DNA from: Methanocaldococcus jannaschii DSM 2661
GTDB taxonomy: Archaea > AGJL01 > Methanococci > Methanococcales > Methanocaldococcaceae
Length of the DNA stretch: 32,000 nt
Assembly (NCBI RefSeq): GCF_000091665.1
Contig: NC_000909.1
Coordinates: 1,130,960 to 1,162,959, forward strand
Direction of reading: 5' to 3'
In this document: positions 9,283 to 19,368 of the stretch, in pieces
Position numbering within the stretch: position 1 is the first letter of the stretch
Layout: each line of letters begins with the position of its first letter
The notes under the pieces: generated by a model
What the model was told of the DNA's origin: nothing
Database searches by the model: none
What the model saw: the letters and a program-made list of their open reading frames with translations, nothing else
Translations under genes and position numbers: made by a program

Positions 9283-11145
9283 ATGAAGATGCTACTAATC
9301 CATTCTGATTACTTAGAGTTTGAAGCTAAAGAAAAAACCAAGATTGCAGAGGAAACAGAAAACTTAAAAGGTAAGTTGGATGAGTGTTTAGCCTGCTTTA
9401 TTGCAGTTGAAAGAGAAGATGAAAACAATCCAGAAGGAACTGCAATAGGAGCAGTTGAAGAGATTGAGAAAGTTGCTAATCAATTAAAGGTCAATAATAT
9501 TGTTGTTTATCCTTATGCACATCTATCAAGTGATTTATCCTCACCAGAAACAGCAGTTAAGGTTTTAAAAGACATTGAGAGTATTTTAAAAGAGAGAGGT
9601 TATAATGTCTTAAGAGCACCATTTGGATGGTATAAGGCATTTAAAATCAGCTGTAAAGGACATCCTTTGAGTGAGTTGTCAAGAAAGATTGTAGCTAAGG
9701 AAGAAAAGAAAGAAGAAGGAGAAGAATCAAAATTCTACTTATTAAACCCAGAAACAGAGGAAATTATTGAATTGAATGAAAACAACATAAATATAATTAA
9801 AGATGAAGAGTTGTTAGCTTTAGCTAAACATGAATTGGGAATTAGAGAGCATAAAGAACATGATGAACCTCCTCATGTAAAGTTTATTAAAGAAAAGGAT
9901 ATCTGCAGTTATGAGGAAGCATCAGACCCTGGACATTTCAGATGGTATCCAAAGGGCAAGTTGATGAGAGATTTGTTAGCTGATTATGTTTATAACTTAG
10001 TTGTCAATATGGGAGCTATGCCAGTAGAAACACCAATTATGTATGATTTAGGAAACCCTGCTATTAGGGAACATGCTGATAAATTTGGAGAGAGGCAGTA
10101 TAGGTTTAGACAAGGAAATAAAGAGCTAATGCTAAGATTTGCAGCATGCTTTGGGCAGTTTATGATGAAAAAGGATATGTATCTATTGCCAAGATATTTG
10201 CCATTAAAACTCTATGAATTATCAACATACAGCTTTAGATATGAGCAGAGGGGGGAGTTGGTTGGTTTAAAGAGATTGAGATGCTTTACAATGCCTGATA
10301 TGCATACTGTCTGCTTAAACTTAGAGCAAGCAATGGAAGAGTTTGAAAAACAGTTCTGGGAATGTTTAAAAACTGGGGATGATTTAAATCTAAGCTATTC
10401 AGTAATATTTAGATTCACAAAGGACTTCTTTGATGAGCATAGGGATTGGTTCTTTAAAATAGCAAAGGAATATAAGAACAAATATGGGAAAGATGTAATT
10501 TTAGAGATTTTACCAAAAAGAAAACACTATTGGGTTGGTAAGGTAGATATTGCTGTAATAGACAGCTTAGGAAGACCTATTGAGAACCCAACCGTGCAAA
10601 TAGATGTTGAGAGTGCTAAGAGATTTGATATAAAAGTGCATACAAATGAAGGAGAGATTTATCCAATAATATTGCACTGCTCACCAACTGGTTCAATTGA
10701 GAGGGTTTTGTGTGGTTTGTTGGAAAAAGCTGCTATAGAGGCTGAAAAAGGAAATGCTCCAATGTTGCCTGTTTGGCTCTCTCCGATACAAGTTAGAGTT
10801 ATTCCAGTGGCTGAAAGACATTATGACTATGCTTTAAAAGTAGCTGAGAAGTTGAGAGAAAACAACATTAGGGCAGATTTTGATGATAGAGAAGAAAGTG
10901 TAAGCAAAAAGATTAGAAATGCAGGAAAAGAATGGGTTCCTTACGTTGTAGTTATTGGAGATGAGGAAATGGAATCTGACAAATTGACAGTTACTATTAG
11001 AGAAAAATCAACCTTAAAGAAACCATATAAGGAGAAGATGACATTAGATGAGTTGATTGAAAGGATTAAAAAAGAAACTGCTAACTACCCATATAGGCCT
11101 TTACCATTGCCAATAAGATGCTCATTACAGCCAAAGTTCCATTAA
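9283..11145 (+). CDS. thrS: Threonyl-tRNA synthetase, archaeal type with N-terminal editing-like domain
   Basis: Class II motifs ([34 protein letters not shown]) and an anticodon-binding C terminus; track start 9271, ATG at 9283 likely. Confidence 0.93.
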   Translation: MKMLLIHSDYLEFEAKEKTKIAEETENLKGKLDECLACFIAVEREDENNPEGTAIGAVEEIEKVANQLKVNNIVVYPYAHLSSDLSSPETAVKVLKDIESILKERGYNVLRAPFGWYKAFKISCKGHPLSELSRKIVAKEEKKEEGEESKFYLLNPETEEIIELNENNINIIKDEELLALAKHELGIREHKEHDEPPHVKFIKEKDICSYEEASDPGHFRWYPKGKLMRDLLADYVYNLVVNMGAMPVETPIMYDLGNPAIREHADKFGERQYRFRQGNKELMLRFAACFGQFMMKKDMYLLPRYLPLKLYELSTYSFRYEQRGELVGLKRLRCFTMPDMHTVCLNLEQAMEEFEKQFWECLKTGDDLNLSYSVIFRFTKDFFDEHRDWFFKIAKEYKNKYGKDVILEILPKRKHYWVGKVDIAVIDSLGRPIENPTVQIDVESAKRFDIKVHTNEGEIYPIILHCSPTGSIERVLCGLLEKAAIEAEKGNAPMLPVWLSPIQVRVIPVAERHYDYALKVAEKLRENNIRADFDDREESVSKKIRNAGKEWVPYVVVIGDEEMESDKLTVTIREKSTLKKPYKEKMTLDELIERIKKETANYPYRPLPLPIRCSLQPKFH

Positions 11146-11360
11146 AAATTTTTTATAGCTATACTAAATATTCTTCTTATTGTTTTTATCACATGCATGA
11201 AAAACTATATAAATAACAATTGATATTTTATTTTTAAATAACTATTTGCTGTCTATTTTCTATATAATAAATCATATAAAAATATCATCCATTATATTAA
11301 CTTAAATAAATGTTAGTAATTTAAAGCCAAGGTCTTTTTTACAATTATCTGGGGGAGAAC

Positions 11361-13646
11361 ATGATAGTAAAGTGTCCAATTTGTGATGGAACAGGAAAGA
11401 AAGTAGTTAAATACAAAACATGCCCTGTATGTGAGGGAACTGGATTTATAGATGAATTTTCACCAAAGCAACACATGAAAAGAGTTTCTAAGAGAGCAAC
11501 TTATGACTTAGATTATGGAGAAATTCCCTGCCCTAAATGTAAAGGGACAGGAAAAGTTCCAGTTTATGCAAAATGTGATTTTTGTGGTGGAAGTGGAAAG
11601 GTAGTTAAATGTGATAGATGCGGAGCTATAATTGGTAAATATCCTGACTTTAAAGATAGGACATTGTGTGATAAATGTCTAAAAGAAGAGGAAGAGAGAA
11701 AGAAAGGGCTTAGAAATGTATATGTGTTTGATGAATTGGCAACATTCTATGATGTTGAGCCAGGTAAATTTTACAAAGGAGTAGTTACAAGAATTGAGAA
11801 GTATGGAGCTTTTATCAATTTAAATGAACAAGTTAGAGGGCTTTTAAGACCAAGAGACATGATAAGCTTAAGATTGGAGAATTTAAATGTTGGTGATGAA
11901 ATCATAGTTCAAGCAATAGATGTAAGACCAGAAAAGAGAGAGATTGACTTTAAATACATCCCACTAACAACCTATGATTTAGTTAAATATGAAAAAGAAG
12001 TTCCATTGTCTCAGATAAAGGACATATCCCAAAATTTAGTTGAGATGAGAGACCAGGTTGTGCATATAAGAGGAGAGGTTGTTCAGATTGTTCAGACACC
12101 AGGACCTACAGTATTCACCATAACAGATGGAACTGACTTTGCATGGGTAGCTGCTTTAGAAATAGCCGGTTTGAGAGCTCATCCGGATGTTAAAGTTGGA
12201 GACATAGTTGATGTTATTGGTAGAGTAACAATAAGGGATGGAAGATTACAGATTGAAAGGATAAAGCTTCAAAAATTGGAAGGAGATGAGGCAGAGGAAA
12301 TTAGGAAAAAAATAGAGGAAGAAATTGATAGAAGGGCAGAGCCAGCTAAGGATATTCCATTCTTAGTTAAGAGTGAAGTTTTAGAGAGATTGAGACCAAA
12401 AATGGCGGATGTTGCTAAGAGAATTAGGAAGGCAGTTTTAGACGGAAGACCAATAATTATTAGACATCATGCAGATACAGATGGTTATTGTGGAGGAATT
12501 GCTTTAGAAAAGGCAATATTACCAATAATTGATAAATTTGCCATAGACGTTGATGCAATATGGCACTTCTTTAAAAGGAGGCCGTCAAAAGCACCATTCT
12601 ATGAATTAGAAGATGTAACAAAGGATTTGGTATTCTCTATAGAAGATGCCTTGAAATTTGGTCAGAAACTACCTTTGATTGTATTGATTGATAATGGAAG
12701 TACTGATGAAGATATTCCAGCCATATCCAAAGCTAAAGCTTATGGTATAGAGGTTATTGTAATAGACCACCACTTCCCTGGAGAGGTTGTTGATGGAAAA
12801 GTTGAGGTTGATGACTACGTAGATGCTCATGTCAATCCATACTTAGTTGGAGGAGATAGCAATTTAACCGCTGGAGTATTAGGAACTGAAATAGCGAGGA
12901 TGATTAATCCAGATGTTGAGGATGAGATAAAGCATATTCCAGGAATAGCAGTTGTTGGAGACCATGCTAAAGGAGAGGAAGCGGAACAGTATGTAAAAAT
13001 AGCCCTTGACAGATTGAATGAATTGAGTAAAAAATACGGTAAAGGAAGAACTTACGATAGAGAGTATTTGGAGAAAATAGCCCTATGTATGGATTTTGAG
13101 GCGTTCTACTTAAGATTCATGGATGGTAAGGGAATTGTTGATGATATATTAGCAACAAACATAAAAGAGTTTGGAAGACATGAAGAACTTATAGACATAT
13201 TGTATGAGCAGGCAATGAAGATGGTTGAAAGACAGATGAAGGCAGTAATTCCAGCTTTAAAAACAGAATTCTTAGAGAATGGAATTATATTAAATACATT
13301 AGATGTTGAGAAATATGCCCACAAATTTACCTTCCCAGCTCCAGGAAAAACAACTGGATTTGCTCATGACTATATAGTTCAAAAATATGGTGAGGATAAG
13401 CCAATCATAACTCTCTCCTATGGCCCTGACTTTGGAGTTGTTAGAGCTACAGATGCAGTTCATGAAAAATACAATTTCAACTTAAACTTAATAGTTGAGC
13501 AATTAATGGAGGAGATTCCTGAGGCATCTTTGGATGGAGGAGGTCATGAGTGTGCAGGTAGCTTGAAGTTTGTTGAGGGGTTAAGAGATAAAGTAATTGG
13601 TAGATTTATTGAAATCATCAAAAATATGAAGCCAAAAGAGCAATAA
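11361..13646 (+). CDS. Multidomain DnaJ-type zinc finger / S1 / OB / DHH-DHHA1 (RecJ-like) protein
   Basis: CPICDGTGKK, CPVCEGTG, CPKCKGTG, CDFCGGSG repeats; S1 segment GVVTRIEKYGAFINL; RHHADTDGYCGG and VIDHHFPG DHH motifs; DGGGHECAGS of DHHA1. Confidence 0.88.
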   Translation: MIVKCPICDGTGKKVVKYKTCPVCEGTGFIDEFSPKQHMKRVSKRATYDLDYGEIPCPKCKGTGKVPVYAKCDFCGGSGKVVKCDRCGAIIGKYPDFKDRTLCDKCLKEEEERKKGLRNVYVFDELATFYDVEPGKFYKGVVTRIEKYGAFINLNEQVRGLLRPRDMISLRLENLNVGDEIIVQAIDVRPEKREIDFKYIPLTTYDLVKYEKEVPLSQIKDISQNLVEMRDQVVHIRGEVVQIVQTPGPTVFTITDGTDFAWVAALEIAGLRAHPDVKVGDIVDVIGRVTIRDGRLQIERIKLQKLEGDEAEEIRKKIEEEIDRRAEPAKDIPFLVKSEVLERLRPKMADVAKRIRKAVLDGRPIIIRHHADTDGYCGGIALEKAILPIIDKFAIDVDAIWHFFKRRPSKAPFYELEDVTKDLVFSIEDALKFGQKLPLIVLIDNGSTDEDIPAISKAKAYGIEVIVIDHHFPGEVVDGKVEVDDYVDAHVNPYLVGGDSNLTAGVLGTEIARMINPDVEDEIKHIPGIAVVGDHAKGEEAEQYVKIALDRLNELSKKYGKGRTYDREYLEKIALCMDFEAFYLRFMDGKGIVDDILATNIKEFGRHEELIDILYEQAMKMVERQMKAVIPALKTEFLENGIILNTLDVEKYAHKFTFPAPGKTTGFAHDYIVQKYGEDKPIITLSYGPDFGVVRATDAVHEKYNFNLNLIVEQLMEEIPEASLDGGGHECAGSLKFVEGLRDKVIGRFIEIIKNMKPKEQ

Positions 13647-13665
13647 AAAATAATAAATAATTTTT

Positions 13666-14106
13666 TTAGATTTTTTTGCTCATCTCATATAAGAAGATAG
13701 CTAAATTACCTAAAGCTCCAATCTCATTTTCTACTATATATCTCCCTAAACCTTTCTCTAACTCTAATTTTGTGAAACCGGTTGAAGCTCCACAGAAAAC
13801 AACCAAATCATTTTCTCCAACTTCATTAAAATCTACCTTCTCATCACAGATACTTTTATTTCCAATTAAAAACACTTTCTCAGGTCTTAAAACTTCTATA
13901 GCATCATCTAACTCTTCAAAGAATAAAACATTCTTTCCTAATTTGTATGCCATTTTATGTAGTGTTGGAATTCCACTCTGAGCAGCTGATGCAGTTGCCT
14001 TTGTTACAACTATTGTGTTGATATCAAATCCATAAGCGATTCTTCCAAACTCTTCTACTTGCTTAGCACTGTATGTGTTATGCAAACAAATAAACATTTT
14101 TCTCAC
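13666..14106 (-). CDS. Conserved archaeal hypothetical protein (possibly a knot/SPOUT-like fold; weak guess)
   Basis: 146-aa ORF with coding-like composition and C-terminal ENEIGALGNLAIFLYEMSKKI; spacing to neighbours normal. Confidence 0.6.
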   Translation of the reverse strand: MRKMFICLHNTYSAKQVEEFGRIAYGFDINTIVVTKATASAAQSGIPTLHKMAYKLGKNVLFFEELDDAIEVLRPEKVFLIGNKSICDEKVDFNEVGENDLVVFCGASTGFTKLELEKGLGRYIVENEIGALGNLAIFLYEMSKKI

Positions 14107-14147
14107 CTTTTTAGTTTTTTGTATTTTTTTATTTATTTTTCATTTTT

Positions 14148-15248
14148 TTATTTTAAGTTTTCTTTAATCACCCTGGCTATAGCTCTACTTAAAGCCACAG
14201 GAACACTTTCCCCAATCTGATTATAACAGCTTCTTATACCTCCAGCGAATAGATGGTAATCAGGATAACTCATCAACCTTGCCTGTTCTCTTGGTGTCAA
14301 TAATCTATCTTCATAAGGGTGGATAAAGAACCTCTTACCCATAACTGTCTCAGCTAATTTAAGTGGATGCAACCTTATATAATTCCCCAACCTTCTATTG
14401 GCTCCTTTGAAATAGATAAATGCATCTCCCCAACCTAATTTATGGACTCTCTTCCTAAACCTTGCAGGTAGAGCGGCGAATTCATGATTTGGGACATCTC
14501 TACCTTTATACATTAAATCTCCTATTGCCTCAATAACAGTTTTTGGCTGAGTTTTTTCTGGGTTAATTTCTATGTTTGAAACAAAAACTCTTCTTCTAAC
14601 AGATGGATTTCCGTAATCTTCAGCTCTTAAAGTGTTGAAATAAACGTCCTCATAACCAATTTCTCTAAACTCTTTTATTATTGCCCCTCTAACTTCTTTA
14701 ATACCAGGAACATTTTCCATAACAAATATTTTTGGTTGTAAATCTCCAACAATCCTTATATATTCTAAAACTAATCTTCCAGTTTCGTCTTTATACAATC
14801 TATCATAAGGATTTTTCTCTCTCTTTGGATTAGCTCCTGTATAACCTTCACAGGGAGGACCGCCAATAATAACATCTACTTTTTTATTTTTGATGAACTT
14901 TTCTATCTCAATTGCATGAATTTCTCTAATATCATCATTAATAACAACAGGACTTAATTTTTTGGTTTTTTCATTTAGTGTTCCCAGTCTTTTTAGCCAC
15001 TTTATATCTTCCTCTTCAAAAGGAAATTTGAATGGGTAGATTCCAACATAGCCCTTTAATTCTTTCAATTTGAATTCTCCAGGTCTTATTTTTTCATATA
15101 TTTGACCATTAAAATTTAATGCATAAGAAAAAGCGGCATCTTCATTTAACTCTATAGCTACCAATGGCTCAAAACCCTCTTCCACGAACCCTCTTGAAAA
15201 TCCCCCACATCCACAAAATAAATCAATAAATTTCAACATTATCACCAA
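14148..15248 (-). CDS. DNA (cytosine-5) methyltransferase
   Basis: DLFCGCGGFSRGF (motif I), GGPPCEGYTG (motif IV), ENVPG (motif VI), QARLMSYPDYH; 366 aa. Confidence 0.93.
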   Translation of the reverse strand: MVIMLKFIDLFCGCGGFSRGFVEEGFEPLVAIELNEDAAFSYALNFNGQIYEKIRPGEFKLKELKGYVGIYPFKFPFEEEDIKWLKRLGTLNEKTKKLSPVVINDDIREIHAIEIEKFIKNKKVDVIIGGPPCEGYTGANPKREKNPYDRLYKDETGRLVLEYIRIVGDLQPKIFVMENVPGIKEVRGAIIKEFREIGYEDVYFNTLRAEDYGNPSVRRRVFVSNIEINPEKTQPKTVIEAIGDLMYKGRDVPNHEFAALPARFRKRVHKLGWGDAFIYFKGANRRLGNYIRLHPLKLAETVMGKRFFIHPYEDRLLTPREQARLMSYPDYHLFAGGIRSCYNQIGESVPVALSRAIARVIKENLK

Positions 15249-15317
15249 AATAAAAGGTTATTTAAAAAATAAAATAAATTTAAAAATTTAAATTAAATAC
15301 CAAAAAAGCCAAATAAC

Positions 15318-15530
15318 TTATTGTGATTCTTGAGCTTTCTTTAACTCTGCCTTCATATCTTGATAGACTTTAGTCCATTTTAATTTTCTTGGATTTCTTC
15401 CCATTCTGTAGCTTTTCTCACATTTGGATGAGCAGAAATATAATACAGTCCCATCTTTTTCTACGACCATTTTTCCTTTTCCTGGCTCAATTTCATAACC
15501 ACAAAAGCTGCATGTTCTCCATTCTGGCAT
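15318..15530 (-). CDS. rpl24e: Ribosomal protein L24e (eL24)
   Basis: [13 protein letters not shown]...[10 protein letters not shown]...RNPRKLKWT. Confidence 0.97.
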   Translation of the reverse strand: MPEWRTCSFCGYEIEPGKGKMVVEKDGTVLYFCSSKCEKSYRMGRNPRKLKWTKVYQDMKAELKKAQESQ

Positions 15531-15587
15531 AGCTATCCCCCTTTAATAGTGTTTCAGTGATTTTAAAATAATTTAAGATTAAATTAT

Positions 15588-15824
15588 TTATCTTCTTCTG
15601 TCTAATGGTCTTGCTTCTCTCTCTGTTTCTCTTAACATAATAATGTCTCCAACTTTAACTGGACCTTTAACGTTTCTAACTAAAACTCTTCCAGTATCTT
15701 TTCCACCTAAGATTTTACATCTAACTTGTATAATTCCTCCAGTAACCCCTGTTCTACCAATGACTTCAATAACTTCAGCAGCTACTGCTTCCTTATAAAC
15801 AAATTCATCTTCCATCCTCATCAC
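15588..15824 (-). CDS. rps28e: Ribosomal protein S28e (eS28)
   Basis: [26 protein letters not shown]...[12 protein letters not shown]...[11 protein letters not shown]. Confidence 0.97.
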   Translation of the reverse strand: MMRMEDEFVYKEAVAAEVIEVIGRTGVTGGIIQVRCKILGGKDTGRVLVRNVKGPVKVGDIIMLRETEREARPLDRRR

Positions 15825-15935
15825 CTAATATTAATGAAGGTTTAAAATTTATAAAAAAGTTAGTAGTAGTGTTTCATAATTTATATAATAATAACTATAT
15901 ACTATTGATTGATGGTTAAATAGCGTTCTAATAAT

Positions 15936-16289
15936 TTACTGCTTCAAAACATTTACCTTTTCAATTAATACCTTTAACTCTTCAGCATCTCCTTCGTTGA
16001 TGATAGCAACTGATGATGCAGCAACTTCCAATCCAGCAGCCTTACCTAAATCCTGCTTTGAAGCTACGTAAGCGTAAGGAATTCCTTTCTCTTCACATAA
16101 GTATGGGAGGTGAGCAACAACTTCTTCTGGTTTAACATCTTCAGCAATGATAACTAATTTTGCGATACCTCTTTCAACTGCCTTTGTAACTTCGTTAGCT
16201 CCTTTTTTGATTTTTTGTGCTTTTGCAACTGCATCTAATAGCTCTTTTTGAATTTCTTCTGGAACTTTAAATTTTACATAAACTGCCAT
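15936..16289 (-). CDS. rpl7ae: Ribosomal protein L7Ae (also a K-turn-binding component of box C/D and H/ACA sRNPs and RNase P)
   Basis: [44 protein letters not shown]; track start 16298; the ATG at 16289 (MAVYVKF) follows a GGAGG. Confidence 0.96.
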
Positions 16290-16323
16290 GTCTTTCAACC
16301 TCCTTCATCTCTTTGCTAAAAAA

Positions 16324-16449
16324 TGGGCAATCCGGAGGGAATTGCCCACTCCTACAGGGCTTTTGCACTTGTTGATATTTATAAGGAATTTTGCATCTAT
16401 AAGGTGCATATTTTTATATAAGAAATATTTTCCTGCAAAAGCCCTGTAG
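16324..16449 (-). promoter_or_regulatory. Structured 5' leader of the rpl7ae mRNA, or an independent ncRNA
   Basis: Perfect 16-bp inverted repeat CTACAGGGCTTTTGCA (16352-16367) / TGCAAAAGCCCTGTAG (16434-16449), plus 8-bp hairpin TGGGCAAT (16324-16331) / ATTGCCCA (16341-16348); GC-rich; TATA-like TTTTATAT (- strand, about 16497-16504) upstream. Confidence 0.7.
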
Positions 16450-16517
16450 TTATCATCGTGGCTTAGAATAGGTATAACAACATATTGACTTTTAGTATAT
16501 AAAACTTTTGGGTAAGT

Positions 16518-17384
16518 TTATAAAATCCTCTCAATAGGCACCACCAATATATCTCTCGCTCCTAAAGCATGAAGCTTAGGAACTAAGGTAAATATCTCAT
16601 CCTCATTAACAACGGCATGAATAGCTACCATATTATCGTCAGATAAAACCTTAGAAACTGTTGGACCAGCCATTCCTGGAATTAATTTTCTAATCTCTTC
16701 GACTTTATCCTTTGGGGCATTCATCATAATTAATCTTTTTGTTTCAGCAAATAAAACACTTTTTATGGCAATAACTATTTGATTTATTTTTTCTCTTTTC
16801 TCTTTATCTTTTAAGCTGTTTTTGTTTGCTATTAATCTTGTAGTTGATGAGACAATTTCATCTATAACTTTTAACCTATTCAACCTTAAAGTTGTTCCTG
16901 TAGATGTTAAATCACTAATTAAATCAGCTATTCCTATGAATGGAGCTATCTCTGTTGCTCCACTAAGTTCAATAATCTCAACTTTCTTATTTAATTTTTC
17001 AAAGTATTTTTTTGTTAGGTTTGGGAATTCTGTTGCTACTCTCATCCCTTCTTTTATATCGTCTATGCTGTTTATATTTGAGCTCTCTGGAGCGGCTAAA
17101 ACCAGTTTTGCAAATCCAAAACCAAAATCTAATAGGAAATCAACTTTATCTTCAACATTTCTCTCTAAAACTAAATCATAGCCAGTTACTCCTATATCTG
17201 CAACACCATCAGCCACAAACTCCGGAATATCTCTTGCTCTTGCAAACATTACTTTGATGTTGTCATCTACAGTGTTAGCAAATAAACTTCTTCCCTTAAC
17301 TGTAATCTTTAATCCTGCCTTCTCTAAAACTTTCATTACTGGCTCTGAAATCCTCCCTTTATTTGGTAATGCAAACATTATCAT
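16518..17384 (-). CDS. hisG: ATP phosphoribosyltransferase (long form)
   Basis: [37 protein letters not shown]-terminal regulatory domain. Confidence 0.95.
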   Translation of the reverse strand: MIMFALPNKGRISEPVMKVLEKAGLKITVKGRSLFANTVDDNIKVMFARARDIPEFVADGVADIGVTGYDLVLERNVEDKVDFLLDFGFGFAKLVLAAPESSNINSIDDIKEGMRVATEFPNLTKKYFEKLNKKVEIIELSGATEIAPFIGIADLISDLTSTGTTLRLNRLKVIDEIVSSTTRLIANKNSLKDKEKREKINQIVIAIKSVLFAETKRLIMMNAPKDKVEEIRKLIPGMAGPTVSKVLSDDNMVAIHAVVNEDEIFTLVPKLHALGARDILVVPIERIL

Positions 17385-17405
17385 CTTCTCACGTAATTAT
17401 TATAT

Positions 17406-17717
17406 TCATGTATTTGTATTTTTTATTTTGCATCTCTTTCGTTGAATTTCTTTTTTTATTTTTTCTCCACTGACTCTAAGTAAGTTTGATACGCTTCTTG
17501 GGATTTTCCCATTATCAGATAAAATTTTTGCTATAATACTTGAAAGTAAAAAGATGGTATATATATGCTCTGCCTTTGTTCTGTGAATATGATGGGGATA
17601 GATATTTAACTCATCATACTCTTTAAATTCGTTATTGTCGCAATTATATTTTTTTTCGATATATTTTCTTAAATAGATAAGGAGTTGGTGTAATTGAATC
17701 AGCTCATCTTTATGCAT
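17406..17717 (-). CDS. UPF0058 family protein
   Basis: MHKDELIQLHQLLIYLRKYIE...YDELNIYPHHIHRTKAEH is the family signature. Confidence 0.85.
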   Translation of the reverse strand: MHKDELIQLHQLLIYLRKYIEKKYNCDNNEFKEYDELNIYPHHIHRTKAEHIYTIFLLSSIIAKILSDNGKIPRSVSNLLRVSGEKIKKEIQRKRCKIKNTNT

Positions 17718-18984
17718 TTAAATCACCGAAAGTGATGAGTGTTAAATTAACTGGCTTTTTTATGATTTTTGCATCTTTACAGAAAATTAAATTTGTCTTT
17801 TCATATAAGATGTCTATAAGTTTTTGAGTAACTGTCCCATTAATTATAATTGCGTCAATAGATTTATAGTTATCTGTATTATTAATTAACTCCTCAATAC
17901 TAACAATTTCCTCTTTATCCCCATTAATAATTAACACTTTAGAATCTTCTAATTCAATAAGTTTTTCATAAAACTTTCGGTATTTGTTATATTTAGGTGG
18001 TAGTTCTTCATTATTAGATGGATTACACTCAACACTTGAAACTTCCACATCATCATTAGATGTTATACTTATTTCAGGTTTTATTTCTGGTATTGTTTGA
18101 ATCCCCATATTTCTAATTTCATCTTTACATACTTTTTCATCAATTTTTTGTTTATCCTTTAATATTTGAGCCAATATATGCTCAGCAGGGATTTTACTTC
18201 TTAAACATTTCATAATTTCTTTTTTAGATAACTCTTCAACTTCCTTTCCTGGTGGAGCTCTTGCCACAAAATCAACATCACAAACTTGTAGTAACTCTTT
18301 TAAAATCAGTTCTCCTCCTCTATCTCCATCTGTAAAGACAGTTACTATCTTTTTCTTACTAAGCTCTATGATAGTTTTAGGGACAGAGGTTCCTTCAACA
18401 GCTATCACATTCTTAATGCCACACCTCAATAAGTTTAAAACATCTGCCCTTCCCTCAACAACTATAATATCGTCTGAACTATCTACTGCAGGACCTGCTG
18501 GCAATCTCTCAGGGCCATATTCAATAATTTCTCCCATTCTTACACTTTCTTTGACTTCTTCAATAATTGTATTCACATCTATGTTGCTCATCAACTGCTT
18601 CAATATTTCCTTAGCTCTTTCAACTATGTATTCTCTCTTCTTTTTCCTAATGTCCTCAATATCTATTACTTTAACTGTTGCTACACATGGTCCTACTCTA
18701 TCAATTGTTTCTAAAGTGGCAGCTAATATAGAGGTTTCAATCCTATCCAAACTTGATGGGACTGTTATTTTGGCTATTGACTTTCCATTAATATTGGTTA
18801 GCTCTACATCTATCCTTCCAACTCTTCCCGTTTTTTGTAGTTCTCTCAAATCTAACTCATCCCCTAACAACCCTTCCGTCTGCCCAAATATTGCTCCAAT
18901 AACATCATGTTTTTCAACATAACCATCAGCAATGAGTTCTGCATAAATGATATACTTAGTAGTTCCTAAATCCATAATAATCAC
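17710..18984 (-). CDS. dnaG: Archaeal DnaG-type primase (Toprim)
   Basis: TKYIIYAELIADGYVEKHDVIGAIFGQTEGLLGDELDLRELQKTGRVGRI; Toprim VVEGRADVLNLL ... VTVFTDGDRGGELI (read as FTDGDRGG). Confidence 0.95.
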   Translation of the reverse strand: MIIMDLGTTKYIIYAELIADGYVEKHDVIGAIFGQTEGLLGDELDLRELQKTGRVGRIDVELTNINGKSIAKITVPSSLDRIETSILAATLETIDRVGPCVATVKVIDIEDIRKKKREYIVERAKEILKQLMSNIDVNTIIEEVKESVRMGEIIEYGPERLPAGPAVDSSDDIIVVEGRADVLNLLRCGIKNVIAVEGTSVPKTIIELSKKKIVTVFTDGDRGGELILKELLQVCDVDFVARAPPGKEVEELSKKEIMKCLRSKIPAEHILAQILKDKQKIDEKVCKDEIRNMGIQTIPEIKPEISITSNDDVEVSSVECNPSNNEELPPKYNKYRKFYEKLIELEDSKVLIINGDKEEIVSIEELINNTDNYKSIDAIIINGTVTQKLIDILYEKTNLIFCKDAKIIKKPVNLTLITFGDLNA

Positions 18985-19134
18985 CAGTAAAATTCTACCA
19001 GTCTCATGAGTGAGAGTAATCTCACAATATCTAACATAATCTAATAAAACAAATCAAAGTATAAAAAATTATTTTTATTTTGACGCCTATTCTTATAATT
19101 CAAGACATTAATTAAAATATTTAATACAATAAAA

Positions 19135-19150
19135 CCGAAAAGTATTTATA
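19135..19150 (+). promoter_or_regulatory. Archaeal promoter (BRE CCGAAAA + TATTTATA) for the tRNA-Gly pair
   Basis: ccgaaaagtatttata ending 35 bp upstream of the first tRNA nucleotide. Confidence 0.75.
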
Positions 19151-19185
19151 GTAGTTCTGAGTATGTTATTGTTGCTTGCAATGGA

Positions 19186-19258
19186 GCGGCCTTGGTGTAG
19201 CCTGGTAACACACGGGCCTGCCACGCCCGGACCCCGGGTTCAAATCCCGGAGGCCGCA
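19186..19258 (+). tRNA. tRNA-Gly (anticodon GCC); CCA encoded, 19259-19261
   Basis: Acceptor GCGGCCT/AGGCCGC, anticodon arm CGGGC-CTGCCAC-GCCCG, T arm CCGGGTTCAAATCCCGG. Confidence 0.97.
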
Positions 19259-19295
19259 CCACTGGCTTCAATTAGCCAGGGCTTGATTTGGACAT

Positions 19296-19368
19296 GCGCC
19301 GGTGGTGTAGCCTGGTATCACTCTGGCCTTCCAAGCCAGCGACCCGGGTTCAAATCCCGGCCGGCGCA
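19296..19368 (+). tRNA. tRNA-Gly (anticodon UCC); CCA encoded, 19369-19371
   Basis: Acceptor GCGCCGG/CCGGCGC, anticodon arm CTGGC-CTTCCAA-GCCAG, T arm CCGGGTTCAAATCCCGG. Confidence 0.97.

Noticed and set aside
11146-11360. Possible ncRNA in the thrS-DHH protein spacer
   Set aside because: Uniformly AT-rich without convincing long helices; looks like an ordinary promoter region.
17012-17257. 81-aa Leu-rich + strand ORF in hisG
   Set aside because: Antisense to hisG; leucine richness comes from the complement of AAG/AAT-rich coding DNA.
18368-18922. 184-aa + strand ORF opposite dnaG
   Set aside because: dnaG is well supported on the - strand; the + ORF has no family motif and no RBS-like sequence.
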